Shown: positions 25,301 through 40,545 of the stretch, in pieces | Layout of the letters: every line of letters begins with the position of its first letter | How positions within the stretch are numbered: the first letter of the stretch is position 1 | Assembly (NCBI GenBank): GCA_951406725.2 | Contig: OX597816.1 | Location: 154,876,001-154,940,000 of the forward strand | Reading direction: 5' to 3' | DNA from: Octopus vulgaris | Lineage: Eukaryota | Length of the DNA stretch: 64,000 nt | Made by a program: the position numbers and the translations under genes | Notes under the pieces: model-generated | The model's database searches: none | Told to the model about the DNA's origin: nothing | The model's input: only the letters and a program-made list of their open reading frames with translations

Positions 25301-28300
25301 TTTCTGTATGGGTATGCATCAAATCCTTAGGAACTCGAGCGTAAAAATCAAAATTTTGTATTGCTATATTTAATGTTTGTTTCGTAGGCTCGTATTAAAC
25401 CGTTTACATTGTTATGATCTCCCAGAGATGGGGTGTTTATGAGATACGAGTTAGGAAAAGAAAAAGGGGAAAATTACAAAATACCCGGTAACTATTTCTG
25501 TAGGTGATCAGAGACTCCAATGAATATATTTTCTAGAAAAACACCTATATCTTGTAATATATATATGGTTACACAAATACATATACATACATCCATGCGT
25601 ATATACAGAAACACACAGACACATACTTGCACGCACACACACACGCATGCACACACACACATACACACACGTATACACACTGATATGCATGTGTGAAATT
25701 TAAAAAAACAATTTTCGGGAAACATTAAGTTTCTGATGTCTTGTAATTTAGAAACAAAAATTACCCAAAGAGCCTCTCCTTTCTGTAAGGACCAAATTCT
25801 ACCAATTCTGAAATTGAAGCGTTTGCAGAAAATGCAACAAGAATAGGATATCGCTTTTGGAATGGAAATCAATATAGAAACATAAATGCCAAGATATTTC
25901 TGTGTGAAATGTATTCATCAGAAGTAAAATTATAGTTATGCAAAAGTATACATGAAGACGAGCTAAATATTAAGTATAAAACAGAATCTATAAAAAAATA
26001 TTGCCATTCCTATGGTTTCACATGGCTAAATATAATAAATTACATACTGGAGATTTGTAGAAGAAGCATTCACAGATAAATGCGTACATACCGTTCAATA
26101 CAATACAGGTGCTATTTTAAAAAATATAACTGAAAAATATTGTATAAAATATATGAATTTTATACAGGTACTACTTCATTGGAAAACAAGTAATTGTATA
26201 AGAGATAATACTACATAATAATAGAGTTAACAAACTATATTTTATAGAATGAGGACGAAGAGGATTTCTAAAGAATGAAGATATTGTATAAATATGTGTA
26301 TCAGCAGAATCATATTTGTAAACTTGCGTTGAGTTTTTCGGATAGAAAACTTAGACGGCACATTAAAGTTCTCAAATAGTAGAAAATGCACGGAAATTAA
26401 ATACACAAACCAATAGTGAAGATGCGGCAAAGCAAATACAATAACCACGCATACATATACACGAACTTCGTTACATATTAGCGAAAGCAACACAAAAATA
26501 GAGAATAGAGAGGCAAAAATGAAAGTTCTTACAATAGACATAAAAAGCAAAGAATAGATACAAATTATTTCGATATGAAAAACGAAAACATTAACATTAA
26601 CAAAATATTACTTGCAAAAACATTACTGAATAATATAGACAGATCTGGAGAAATGATAAATATTTAATAGTCGAGAACAATGTTGTTTGTAATTACGCTA
26701 CTGAACAGTACATAAAAGTGTTATTTACTTACCACTAGATGAGCTAAACAACTTGCAGATCTGTGCTTCATATAACATAGTATAACTGAGACCTACAAAA
26801 AGCTTACCGGATTTTCAAGGCGCGTTAGACTGAGAGTACAAAACCACACCCTTTGAAGGAAACGCCTAGTGCACTTCTGGAAAGATAGTGAAGTGCCATT
26901 CTCGAGGACACAGTTGAAAATGTAACTCACGATCTACAGATCATGACCACAACAATGTAATAACTAAGCCACGCACCCTCAACACGTGTAACACACTCAA
27001 GTAAAAGAAAATAGTAAGTTCTTCATTTATCACATACAATTTCATTTGCGACGTTAACCTTTGTCTTAGCATTCTCGGTGAGATTTTTTTTATATTTATC
27101 AAAACTTATTAAAGATAACGTAATTAATATGATCTCTTACTTAACCCTATTTTCATACAAACATGAATATTTGACCTTCAGAAACGAAAATGAAAGTCGA
27201 TCTGGACAGAGACTGAACGAAGTATGTGATGAAAGGAATACAAGTATGGAATATTTTAACCATGAACATGATTGTTTCTGGCGTAGCATTTCCACCTACG
27301 CTCGTAATATATGATTGTAATCAGCAGTAAAAACATGCCAAAGGCTAAGATTCTTCTGAAAATATGCAGATTCTATAGAAGTATACGCAGAGCCTTGCAC
27401 CTGTAGAACGCATGTACTATATATAAAATATGAGGAAGGAGAATTCAGTTAATTGGCAACAATTTACTTACCAACACTCTTCAGCCATAAACCCGGCGCT
27501 CTGTAACAGAAGCTTGTTACTATTTTATCTATTTAGAATATATGAAAGTATCCTTAAGTTGATTCGAACTTAGAACAAATAGGTACACATAACAATATCA
27601 TAATTCATTTAGTCTATCAGAACTGGCATTTGTTTATTGTTTAGCCTACGCTCAGCTCTGATCATGTACAATTAGAATCAAAGAAATGTTCACGACCATT
27701 CCATTTTTTTTTAATATTTAAAAATGACCTGTCGAAAATAAAATTACTCAACATGTTCATTTTTCAGACGATAAGGTGTGATTTGAGAAAGATTTGACTG
27801 CTGTCTCTTGTTAGTCGAAAAACTCCTTGGAAGATGTCTTGTTTGCTTCAACGTTTATTTTGAAAAGAATCAATCTCAAAAAGTCGTTGATGAACTGCAA
27901 GCGTCATAGGAACTTCTTTTCTCCCATATACAAAATAACATTTCTAATATTGTCAAGAAACCGGACATTTCTTTTAGAGGAGGCCAAATTGCTTCATTTA
28001 AATCCATCTATCTGCGATTATTTAATGACCCCTGGAAGGCTGAATGAAAAAGTGGTCACTGGAGAGTTTTAAACTCAGAACGTCAGGGAATACAATGAAC
28101 TGATGTAGCAATTGTGTCCGGCCAAATAATAAAAAAATAGAAGAATTATTTGCAACTAATATCAGTTTATCGGTCTAGCATTATAATATATTACTGTGCT
28201 AAGGATGACTTTTCTGGCAGAAATACGTTCTGTTGTCTATAGAAAAAAAAAACGCAAAAAAACATACTGTCTTTTCCTTCATGGTGTCAAATCTAGAAAA

Positions 28301-28424
28301 TGTTAGATTCCTTGATATTATTCCACACTTTCGTCCGCCTTCGCCTTTGTTGTATAAATTCATGCCACTTTCATTTAGCTCATTTTCGTTATATGTATGT
28401 ATATACACATACATACACATGCGA

Positions 28425-28473
<49 letters not shown>

Positions 28474-28499
28474 GTGTGGTTGTCTACTCTTTATGCAGA

Positions 28500-29115
28500 G
28501 TCTGGCCACCTGTTGCACTTATTCCTTAGATTCACCACGGCATCTGATGTGGCTTTTAAAACTAGACAATGTTATGAAAAGACACCAACATAGATTGAGT
28601 ATCTGATTTGGATTACCAAGAGCTGCAACTGAGTTCTGATCTTCGTGGATCTTAAATTGCCTTTTGAGGCTTCCTTTTGATTTGCAGACCTTATGGCAAA
28701 CACAGCAATGAACGGGGTGCACAGATATATTGGCAGAGTAGTTGGTGGAGGTTCGTTTTTCATGAGCCAAGCAAAAGAAAAGCATGGTCTGTCACGAGCT
28801 GCCCACACAAAAAGGACACTGAGATTCACCTTCTCGATCGCAACATTAAAAAAAAAAAATCTTTCTTGAGTCTTGCATGTATCATCCTGACCTTCTGTTC
28901 ATCCTGACCATCCTGACAAAAGCTTACACTCCACTCCACACTTTCGTTCACTACCCAGTTCGATCCGAGACAAGGGTTTATGTGGCCTTTGGATCCATTC
29001 CAAGTTACTTCATGGTAGTCCTTATGCCGTCCTTAAACCTCTTTTTAGGTTTACACCAATTGCGTTTTCCCTCTGCAAGCTTGCCATAAAACATGACTGC
29101 CATTTTACGTTGACA
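28500..29115 (-). mobile_element. RTE/BovB-like LINE 3' fragment with C-terminal C2H2-like fingers
   Basis: MFYGKLAEGKRNWCKPKKRFKD..VSDR; CCVCHKVCKSKGSLKRQFKIH. Confidence 0.7.
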
Positions 29116-29405
29116 AATAGACTTTACTCTGTAGTACTGTTACTACTTATTTCTCGCTCAGAGATTTACAACTATAGAAGTTGATGTGGCTACGCGTATG
29201 TCATTATAATAGTTGATAAAGAGATGAAGAATAAATTTGTATACAGTATCTGCTGATAACATTTGTATGTATGTTGTATGCATGCATGTATGTTTGTTTT
29301 TATGTATACATATGTGTATGTTTATATGCAATGTTTGTATGTATGTATGTATGTATGTATGTATGTATGTATGTATGTATGTATGTTTGCATATATGTAT
29401 GTATG

Positions 29406-29560
29406 ACCCAGAGTAACATTACCTCCTCGAGGCACTCGATGTAGGCCTCTGTGTTGAGTCTGAGGCCGTGTAGGAAGATTAATGAAGGTATCACTAGTGA
29501 TCATTCCAAACACCATGATGTTGACTGGATGTTTGATTGCTTATCACTCTCAGTACATGT
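29406..29560 (-). mobile_element. Tc1/mariner-superfamily transposase fragment
   Basis: KHPVNIMVFGMITSD..FIFLHGLRLNTEAYIECLEEVMLLWV. Confidence 0.65.
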
Positions 29561-29791
29561 CCTCAGATTGCATTGTCCTCAGATTGACACCCACACTTTC
29601 TGAAATGTTTGTACTAAATCTTCCGGCGCGAATGCCAAGCTGTATAGCATGTTGTTTCGAAATAACTGGCAATGTGAATTGCATTATGGGGCCCAACTGA
29701 CCCTACTATACTGTGTAGTGGACAAAATAAAAAAACAAACAATGCGCATGCATGAAATAAAAAATATAAAAAGCGACAATTCACCCATCGA

Positions 29792-29835
<44 letters not shown>

Positions 29836-30098
29836 GGCAAATTTGTTGTTAAAAATGCACCTAAATTTGAAAAACTTGGAATCGTTTAAAATAAATTTAT
29901 TTACATATATACCAAACTAGTTTCAACAATATTTTTTTTATCAATGGTAAAAATTTAGAAATATGAATTAGAAAAAGAAACATGTTTAAAAGTTTCAGTG
30001 TTGACAAGTTAAAATTTTCATAACAATCAATAATATAAAAACTATGCATCAACTTGTTTAAATGTGTGTATGTGTGTCTGTATATATATACATACATA

Positions 30099-30170
30099 CA
30101 GGTGGTGCTATTAAGTTAGACATGGCCTGGGCCAATACTGGCCAAAACCTTTCTAAGTTATTCTAAGTTA
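30099..30170 (+). mobile_element. Extreme 3' end of a CR1-type LINE within (TACA)n
   Basis: CAGGTGGTGCTATTAAGTTAGACATGGCCTGG..TCTAAGTTATTCTAAGTTA matches 9390-9441 and the reverse complement of 52325-52398. Confidence 0.85.
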
Positions 30171-30781
30171 CATACATACATACATACGTACATACATAGA
30201 TACATACATACATAAATCCATGTCTGGCTAAAAACATTTAAACATCTATGGAATTTCTTAACATCCGATCAATTTATTTGCACGAATATTTCTGCCCCAT
30301 TTATTTCATTTGTCAAATATTTTTTCATTACCGTTTTTGATCTCTTTCGCTTAAGCTTTGCAAAGGCAATTCACCCGCATAATTAACCTAATAATCTACC
30401 ATTCGGCTTGAAACATCGATGAGTTTTCATTCGATTGAATTGTAAAGCGTCCTCTCCCCTTCTTATACTATTCCATAATAAATTACTTTGTTGATGTCTG
30501 TACGTGCTGAAAATAATATATATTATCAATGTCATTGATTAATAGTAGGGTTATTTACACATCCTATTTTGCCTGTTTTCATATCTATTATTGATTTTTC
30601 ATATTTTGAAATAAATTTTACACCTGATTTTACCATAAATGCTCGAAATGAACCCTACATTAATGGGGGTGGGGGTCTGATATATTTGCTTAGGGCTCTG
30701 ATTCATACACAAAACAAAAGATCCAAGCATTAAAAATTTATTGTAACCTATTCTTTAGTGTTAATATTTCAAATGAGCATA

Positions 30782-30998
30782 AGGTGGCAAGCTAGCAGAA
30801 TCATTAGCATAACGAACGAAACACTTAGCGGCATTTCGTCTGACTAATTAACTCTGAGTTCAAATTACGCCGAAGTCGACTTTGACTTGCATCCTTTCGG
30901 GTTCCATAAAATAAGTACTAGCAGAGCACTGGGTCGATATAATCTGCTTAGCCCACCGTCGAAATTGCTGGCTTTGTGCCAAATTCCGAAATCACTAT
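30782..30998 (+). mobile_element. Dominant SINE copy (alternative tail)
   Basis: Head, CATCCTTTCGGG central domain and tail GAAATTGCTGGCTTTGTGCCAAA. Confidence 0.85.
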
Positions 30999-32299
30999 TT
31001 CAAACGACTATTTTAACGAAATTTTTTCCTATATTTGAAATATGTTAACCGAAGTGTTTTGTAGCTGAAGTAAAGTATTTCGGAGAAAGATCTTGTGACA
31101 ATTATTTCTTGATAAAACCATGATTTAGAATAATTGAAGATATAGTGAAAGGTATGCAAATTTTGGCTATGCTTCTACGTAAAAATATAGAAGAAATAAA
31201 TATCACATCTACTTAAGTTCTGCTGTAAGCTAAAGAACAGAGACATAATTTACAGTGTATGCATTTCTGTTTACATCAAAAGTAACACAATAATAGCATA
31301 ACAAGTAAGATTTCTATAAATAACAGCCAAACATTAGTCTTATGAAGTTCAGTTACATTATTTCATGAGCATAAAGATGGGATGGGCATGGCTGGAATTC
31401 TTTTGCTCTCGGGACTGCACTGGTATCAAGCAACAATAACAATAAAGGGTTAATATATATACACATACACATATATTTATATATGAAAGATAACATAAGA
31501 TTACACGCACATAAACACACACATTCACATATACAAATTTATATATGAATAGTACTTAAAAAATAAGAACTTTTGAAAATATCTCTTGAAAGTAAAAATC
31601 GACTAATTTCAAGTAATAGCCCGGGAGAATATAAAGAAAAGGAAATTGATGACATTAATTAGCTTCGATAATGACTTCTTAACTATTACTTGTTGAAACA
31701 TTATTGGAGAAAAAGTTCAGTAGGATTGAAATAGTGAAAACGAAAACAATATGCTAATTGAAGTCTAGCTAAGCTTAATGTACAATTTAAATGCTAATTA
31801 ATAAAGATGATATGCTGCAATGGGAATAAATCTCCCGACAATCTATATCGTGGGCAAAAAAAAGAGGAGTGTTTATTTTATTAACACTGTTAAGAGAAAA
31901 TAATTTTTATTCCGTATTTAGGCACAAGGTCAGACATTTCATGAGAGAGCAACGGGGAAATCGATCCCAGGTTTTGAAAGTTACTCTAATTCAGAAAAGA
32001 TGAGTAAAGATGAAAGCAAAGTTAACTTTGGTGATATTTGAACTCAGAACGTGTAAAAACATAACTAAGCACCGCAAATATTTTGGTTGATTCTCAACAT
32101 TTCGTTTCTGTCAGTCCGCCAACCAATAATATAAAAGTTGTTCGTAATTGCCAATATTAACTTCCGATTAATTAAATTCCTAATTTAGTCTCCGAAAGTC
32201 TCCGAATCGGAAACGATGTGTTCACCTTCCAGTAACCAGGTCCTTGTCGATATGTGTTAGCTAATCAGTTAGTGCTGATTACAGACTTGTAATGTGAGC

Positions 32300-33255
32300 A
32301 GTCAACAATCTGAAACGATGGACATCTGATATCATTGTCATAAGCTTATCTAAAAAATACCAGTATTGATCCGACGTGGCTTGTCCAAGTTCAGATTGGC
32401 TTATTCAGGAAATCTCTGTAATATCTATCAAAGCAAGTGGAACTTTCCCAAGAGGCTTTTCACATCCGCTTCTCCGATCCACTATTCTTATTAGGTGCAT
32501 CAGAGATGAAATTCTTGTTGCATACAAATACTATAAGCTTCCAGGCGTCTGTAAATATGTAACCGAACATTGTTCATTTGAGTCATAAGTAGCAACTACT
32601 CTCACGGTAGTCCTGTCTGTGTTGATCAAACTCAGAAAACCTGGCCAATCACCCACCACCAGGAAAATTGCTTTTACCTAGAAAGAGACATGCTATTCCC
32701 TAAAGTAATTATCACATAACTAGATTCGAATAAATTGAACGAAGAACAGACCTTGTGATTGACTGAAGGCTGTGCGAGTGCATGTATCCCTAAAATTTGT
32801 TTTCACACATGACTCTTACATTTATATCAGATTACTTGAGATCATTTAGCAACTGCCATATCCAGTTGAGTATGTCCCTCAGTGGATGACAATATATGCT
32901 TCCCTGACTACGAGCGGGAGTAGTGGAGAGAATCATAGTCATGTGTTGAAAGTAAATTCCTCATCCCCTGGAAACCATGGATGTTTCGTTCATCATCCTT
33001 AACCAAACCTTATTGAGGGACCTTTTGAACAGGATAGGCTACTAGACCTTAAGAAAATTCTAACAGCGCATGACCCTTCTGCAAAGACATGCGCTGTTTT
33101 TCATAATGTGAAATCATTTCATACACATATGGTTGTGATGCATGTGCCTAATGTCCCCTTATCGGAGGGTAATCACGATGGATATATTGGGCTTCATATG
33201 TTTGTACCCCAGTGTCACTTTGATGCCACGCATTGCTCTCACTCAATGATAATAA
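32300..33255 (+). mobile_element. Longer copy of the (AAT)n-tailed retroelement 3' region
   Basis: 3' end (33175-33250) matches 2152-2219 and 56290-56380; upstream boundary and clade uncertain. Confidence 0.45.
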
Positions 33256-33261
33256 TCATTA

Positions 33262-33450
33262 TAGTAGCATACCGGGTAAAATGCATAGCGGCATTTCGTT
33301 TGTCTTTACGTTCGGAGTTCAAATTCCACCGAGTCGACTTTGTCTTTCATCCTTTCGGGGTCGATAAATTAAGTCCCAGTGAAACACTTGGATCGATGTA
33401 ATCGACTAGCTTCCAAAATTTCAGGCCTTGTACTTTTAGTAGAAAGTATT
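33262..33450 (+). mobile_element. Dominant SINE copy ending in (ATT)n/(GTT)n
   Basis: GTTCGGAGTTCAAATTCCACCGAGTCGACTTTGTCTTTCATCCTTTCGGGGTCGATAAATT. Confidence 0.85.
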
Positions 33451-33465
33451 ATTATTTTTATTATA

Positions 33466-33584
<119 letters not shown>

Positions 33585-33589
33585 CATTC

Positions 33590-33845
33590 AGTAGTTTTAT
33601 TTTTATAACGTGCTTTCACTTCACTACCGAGCGCAGCTCTGTGTGCCTTGGGTATGTGCTGTGATTTGTTGTGATGCTCTGATGGTTACTGTATTGAAAG
33701 TGTTCTGCGTAGGATGTGTGCAGTGCCTAGTAGTGCAATTTTTTTGTATGTTAGATGTGTTTGTAAGTCCTGGTGTTTTTGTTATGTATTTGTCTGAATA
33801 TTTTTTTATCATGCCTAATGCACCTACTATGATAGGAATTGTTTC
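33590..33845 (-). mobile_element. R4/Dong LINE 3' end (family 1)
   Basis: ETIPIIVGALGMIKKYSDKYITKTPG..NIQK/IALLGTAHILRRTLSIQ, then 3' UTR and (TAA)n. Confidence 0.88.
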
Positions 33846-33906
33846 TTCTTCTTCTTCTTCTTCTTCTTCTTCTTCTTCTTCTTCTTCTTCTTCTTCTTCT
33901 TCTTCT

Positions 33907-34997
<1,091 letters not shown>

Positions 34998-34999
34998 AT

Positions 35000-35520
35000 T
35001 CATATACACTCAACAGATTCGACTGTTGGAAAAGACAAGAACCCTAACATCGGGTTACAAGAACCCACCTATCGGATTACAGCAAATAACTTTTGATGCC
35101 AAGAACCCACCTAAGTAACCTAGCTGTCCCTAATAACAATGTTTTCCGCAGCTGTACTAAACTGGGTTTCATGCCTATTGCCTGATCCATCTGTTCAGAT
35201 CTTTAGAGATAGTTCACAATGCACCTATAACTACTTGGATAAATTTTACCCACTCTTTCCATAGTCTCTGTAATTCAATGGCTAGGTTCTGGTACATTGC
35301 TACTTTTTCTATACCTCTCATATTGATTTTTCATAATTTCGAACTGTAAAATCAATTATCCAGCACTTTCTATTGTCTTTATCTACTACTGCGAAATCAG
35401 GCCTTCGAGCTTCTATTACTCTGTCAGTCTGAATGTTAAAGTCCCACAACATTTCGTACTTCTTACTTTCTAGTACTTTACTAGGTTCATGTTTATACCA
35501 TTTATCAGTATGTTTCCTCC
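35000..35520 (-). mobile_element. R4/Dong LINE 3' fragment (family 3)
   Basis: WYKHEPSKVLESKKYEMLWDFNIQTDRVIEARRPD..CWIIDF; LRKTLLLGTARLLRWVL. Confidence 0.88.
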
Positions 35521-35524
35521 CTAT

Positions 35525-36290
35525 TCTTTATAATCCTGGAATCAAACGAACATCATGGGTCGATATGTAACCAACTTCACTTCTCCTTATCTATAATTAT
35601 TATGTGTGGTTTATTATTTTGTAACTTCTTGTCCGTTTGAATAGGGAAGTCCCACAAAATCTTACAATTCTCTGACTCCAGTACCCTTTCGACCCGATGA
35701 TTGTACCATGTGTTTCCAGCTTAAAATCCCCATTTCTGGCACAGTTTCCAGTGTAAAATATTTACAATTTGGTTGCGCCTCCATTTCTTATATTCTTCCA
35801 GTGTCAACTTGGGGAAATCTTCTACGATGTGTGCCACTGTCTCGATCCAAATTCCACAGGATCTACATTTTTCCGACACCTCTCCAAATATATTTTTTCT
35901 TAAGTACTTTGTTTTTATCGCTTGGTCTTGAGCTGCTACAATTAGGATCCCTGTTTCTATCTTTAATTGCCCCTTTTTTAACCAGTCCCAGGATTTTGTT
36001 CCACATATATCTTCAGTGGCTCTCCAACATTGGCTATTGATTTTGATTTTGATTTTTGATTTTTCCAGTTTCAGCTAATGAGCTGTGGCCATGCTGGGAC
36101 ACCGCCATTATGCAGAGGTTTCTGACGTGCTCTCTTTGTATTTCATTCCTGTCCTTTTCTCGTAGTACGTGCTTCATCATCTTCTTTTTATTAACTGCTT
36201 TTAGTAGTTTTTCCGTGCTGCTCTGTAAATACTCTACTTGACGTTTTCCCCCATCAGTACACAATCTTCTACTGCTATTAAGCCTCTTCA
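35525..36290 (-). mobile_element. R4/Dong LINE fragment (family 4)
   Basis: RGLIAVEDCV..EYLQSSTEKLLKAV..WYNHRVERVLESENCKILWDFPIQTDKKL. Confidence 0.8.
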
Positions 36291-36542
36291 TGAAGTTGCA
36301 ATTATAGACTGGACCAAAAACTATATAAAGAAAATTGACAGAAAAATTAGGGAGTTGTTGACGATGTATGGTGCCCACCATCTGAAAGTTGGTATCAGTC
36401 GGCTTTACTGTCAAGTATCGACTCCTATGATAGCGCATTCGATACCAAAGAAACTGAAAAAGTTGGAAATATCAGGATCTAACCGGAAAGTTGAAGAGAC
36501 TGCGGATGACCAAGACAACAATTATTCCTATGGCAATTGGTA
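36291..36542 (+). mobile_element. R4/Dong segments in the opposite orientation
   Basis: AIIDWTKNYIKKIDRKIRELLTMYGAHHLKVGISRLY; DTKETEK..TKTTIIPMAIGT. Confidence 0.8.
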
Positions 36543-36618
36543 CACACACACACACACACACACACAGACACACACATACACACAGACACACAGGCAAGCA
36601 CGCATATACACACACATG

Positions 36619-36659
<41 letters not shown>

Positions 36660-36666
36660 GTATAAA

Positions 36667-36895
36667 GGCGGCGAGCTGGCAGACACGTTAGCGCGCCGGA
36701 CGGAATGCTTAGCGGTATTTCGTCTGTCGTTACGTTCTGAGTTCAAATTCCGCCGAGGTCGACTTTGCCTTTCATCCTTTCGGGGTCGATAAATAAAAGT
36801 ACCAGATTCGCACTGGGGTCGATGTAATCGACTTAATCCCTTTGTCTGTCCTTGTTTGTCCTCTCTATGTATAGCCCCTTGTGGGCAATAAAGAA

Positions 36896-36898
<3 letters not shown>
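36667..36898 (+). mobile_element. Near-intact dominant SINE with Tx1-like tail
   Basis: GGCGGCGAGCTGGCAGACACGTTAGC head, box B GTTCAAATTCC, tail ..TAGCCCCTTGTGGGCAATAAAGAAA, flanked by (TA)n. Confidence 0.92.
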
Positions 36899-36969
<71 letters not shown>

Positions 36970-37219
36970 ATATATATATATATATATATGATAAAAACAG
37001 ACGTATGGATTATCTGGTATTGCTCGAGTTATTTCATTAGGAATTTTAATTTTGACGTAAGCATAATACAATTAGATTGTGTTATACGTTACATGACTCC
37101 CAAATCATCAGGCAATCAAGTAAGCAGCAACTTGTTGATTCATCAATAGATTATCAACAAGTCATTCCTTCACTTTATGTATGTAGGTATGCATGTATGC
37201 ATGCATGCATGAATGTCAG

Positions 37220-37306
<87 letters not shown>

Positions 37307-37308
<2 letters not shown>

Positions 37309-39192
37309 TCGCGTTAATGGACATCTGTCGAGACCTTTCGACATTGCACGTTCGGTCCGTCAGGGATGCCCCCTCTCGGCGCTTCTATACGTATTGACTC
37401 TTGAGTCACTACTGCGGAAGCTGGCGACTCTGAGGGGCATCCCGCGAGAATTGGGATGCGGGACGAGCGTGTCTGCATACGCGGACGACGTCACCGTCAT
37501 AGTGTCAAGCCACGAGCACATCGAGCTGATCGGCGAGACACTGAAAGACTACGAAGCGGTGACAGGAGCAAAAATCAACCGGGAAAAGTCAGTGGGCTTG
37601 CGGCTCGGCACCTGGAGACGCAAGCCCATGCCGTCCACCAGTACCTCCGTCGTGGGACGCTGGACGGACGGCCCGGTTGAGTTGCTCGGGGTCTGGTTCG
37701 GTCCGGACCTCCAAATGGAGAAGAACTGGAACGAGATAACGAGTAGGGTGGTCACTCTCGCCCGGCAATGGGCCCAGAGGAAACTGTCCCTAAAAGGTCA
37801 GGCGGAGGTGGCGAACACGTACATCGCGTCCATCATCTACTACCGCCTGACCGTCGTACCTTGTCCCGACCCTACCATCACCAAACTAGAACGCATTCAC
37901 TTCCGCTTCTTGTGGAAAGGATGCGTCCCGATGGTCAGGTGATCCATTTGCTGTCAACACCCGTGAAAAGGAGGGCTGGGCATGCCGTGGTTGATGATGC
38001 GCAGACACGCGCTGAGACTGCGACATCTCCGGCTCTATGTAGACGACGGTGAACAGGTGTGGTCGCCGTTTGTGAGGCCTGCGTTCCCGCAGCTCATCTC
38101 TATGACCGAACTGCAGTCGTGGATCAAAAAGAGGCCGAGGAAGGGCGAATGGCACCGCGAGTGTCGCGTTGCTCTCAAGCAACTCTGCCGTCCCGGGTCG
38201 ACCTTGAGTGACTTCAACACAACCAAAGCATTCTATAGGGGATTAGTGGAGGGGAAGTACGACGACGATCTTGGGGAAAACCTGGGCGTCGACGAGGAAT
38301 ACCTGACCCGCCTGTTTGAAACGACTTTCGGGCCGGGACCTATGGACAACTTCCAGAGATCCCTGGCTTGGCGGTGCTACCGAGAAGCGCTACCCGTTCG
38401 GGATAAGCTCTATAGGCATGGCTAGAGAAACACGGAGCCGACCTGCCCGAGATGCGGGCAGAGCGACGAAACCGCTCTTCACGCTATCGTGCAGTGTCCA
38501 GCAATTATGTCGAACGACTGCTGTCACGTGTGGGACGTGTCGGTTTATCAGCCGAGTCTATCGTTAATATCGTCACGCCTCCTTCCTTCAAACGGGAAGG
38601 AAGAGCTATTTTTATCATACTTGTGACTATGGCGAAAGATTGTATCTGGTGGACGCGCCTGAAAGGATTAGAGACAAACACTTTCCTCTCTGGTCAATCT
38701 CTCATCAACTTCTTCAAGTATCACTTGAAGAGGAAAGTGAGAGTAGAGAGGCAAGTTTTGTCTAGTGAATGTTTTAAAAAAGGATGGGTGAATGTAGCAA
38801 GGATGGCACGTATGAATGACGAAGCCACCTTGACTATGATTCTATGAACCGTAAAAATTAATACAGAGAGTTGCTTATTTGCAAAAAAAAAAAGAAACAT
38901 GTGACTGCATTGACCGAGGTTACCGTGGTCCTTTCCGTAGGCTTTTCTTTCCACGAGTAAACCTCACCTGTCCTCCCCTTTACACTTCATATTGACATTT
39001 CTGTGATAACGATCCCTATTGATCAATCCCCCCCCCTTTAAAAAAATGTATCCCCCCTTTTTTGTCCTCTTTCTTTCCCTTTACGATCCCTTTTGATCGA
39101 AAACCAAACCCCCTTTTTTTACCCCCAAAAGAAAAGCTCTACCTTGTAATTTGTCCTGTCTGTGTGCAGCCCTGTGTGGCTAATAAAGAAAC
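37307..39192 (+). mobile_element. Tx1/L1-type LINE, 5'-truncated ORF2, inserted in (TATC)n
   Basis: VRQGCPLSALLYVL, SAYADDVTV, LSLKGQAEV, GGLGMP and a C-terminal CPRCGQSDETALHAIVQC finger; AATAAA at the 3' end; few stop codons. Confidence 0.92.
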
Positions 39193-40019
39193 ATATCCAT
39201 CTGTCTATCTGTCTATCTATCTATGGATGAGAATGAAATATATATATCCTAATCTGTAAACAAGATAGAACAAATTGGAGAAAAGAAAACAACAGCACTT
39301 GACTGACTCTTTATGTTCTAGACCTTGGAGTGATGGAAGGCAAAGAATCCCTTATCAGGATTGAACCGGGAACATTAAGAATCTGAAGAAATACCGCAAT
39401 GCATTTTTCTGGCGTTTTAACGCTCCTTCCATTCTACCGCCTCTACATCTACTATAATTATCGCAGCAGCCATCGACCAGTAACGTGAATAGCATCAAGT
39501 GTAGGATAAGCACAGAGAATTGCAATTAAATTTCTTCAACTAAGAATATCACATTTCTGCCTTTAATAAATTTAATGAATACTCTCAGATTGTAAACAAA
39601 CGAAAATAATTACACAGTTTACGTTCCGTTTAAAAGAGCAATTAATGTTTTAAAATTAAATATATTAATTGTTGTTTGATGCCGTCACAACGTAATGATT
39701 AGGTAAACTTGACTTTCGTATTTTAGCCTGACTGCATATATCAAAACTTTTCTGTATGTATAAGTTAAACACTTGTACAGACATACGTTCACACACGAAT
39801 ACACATTTACCTACAAGCTAAACGCGAATGAGTTTTAACGTAGTCGCTCGATCCACTAGAAATAAGAGCCAACTTTCTCTAACATAACATTCTACCGTCC
39901 TAAACAGTAAACATCTTAAACATCTCCGACGAACCCCATGGTTACGGTTAGAATACCTTTGATCACAGGTTTGCTGGATAAAGGTTGATTTAAGACCCTA
40001 AAGCAATAACAACCATTCA

Positions 40020-40545
<526 letters not shown>

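Larger units (their letters stand above)
22300..26700 (+). mobile_element. Very old R4/Dong LINE, fragmented by SINE insertions
   Basis: Collinear decayed motifs: ISRINQIIYAT (~22660), YEKQQWFFEQ..YQDLGK (~22970), KWKS (~23300), IKISRG (~23900), ELNIK..AIP..NIIN (~25960-26040), MHG (~26390). Confidence 0.5.

Noticed and set aside
28600-28720. Host C2H2 zinc-finger gene
   Set aside because: Contiguous with the RTE ORF C-terminus and degenerate; part of the LINE.
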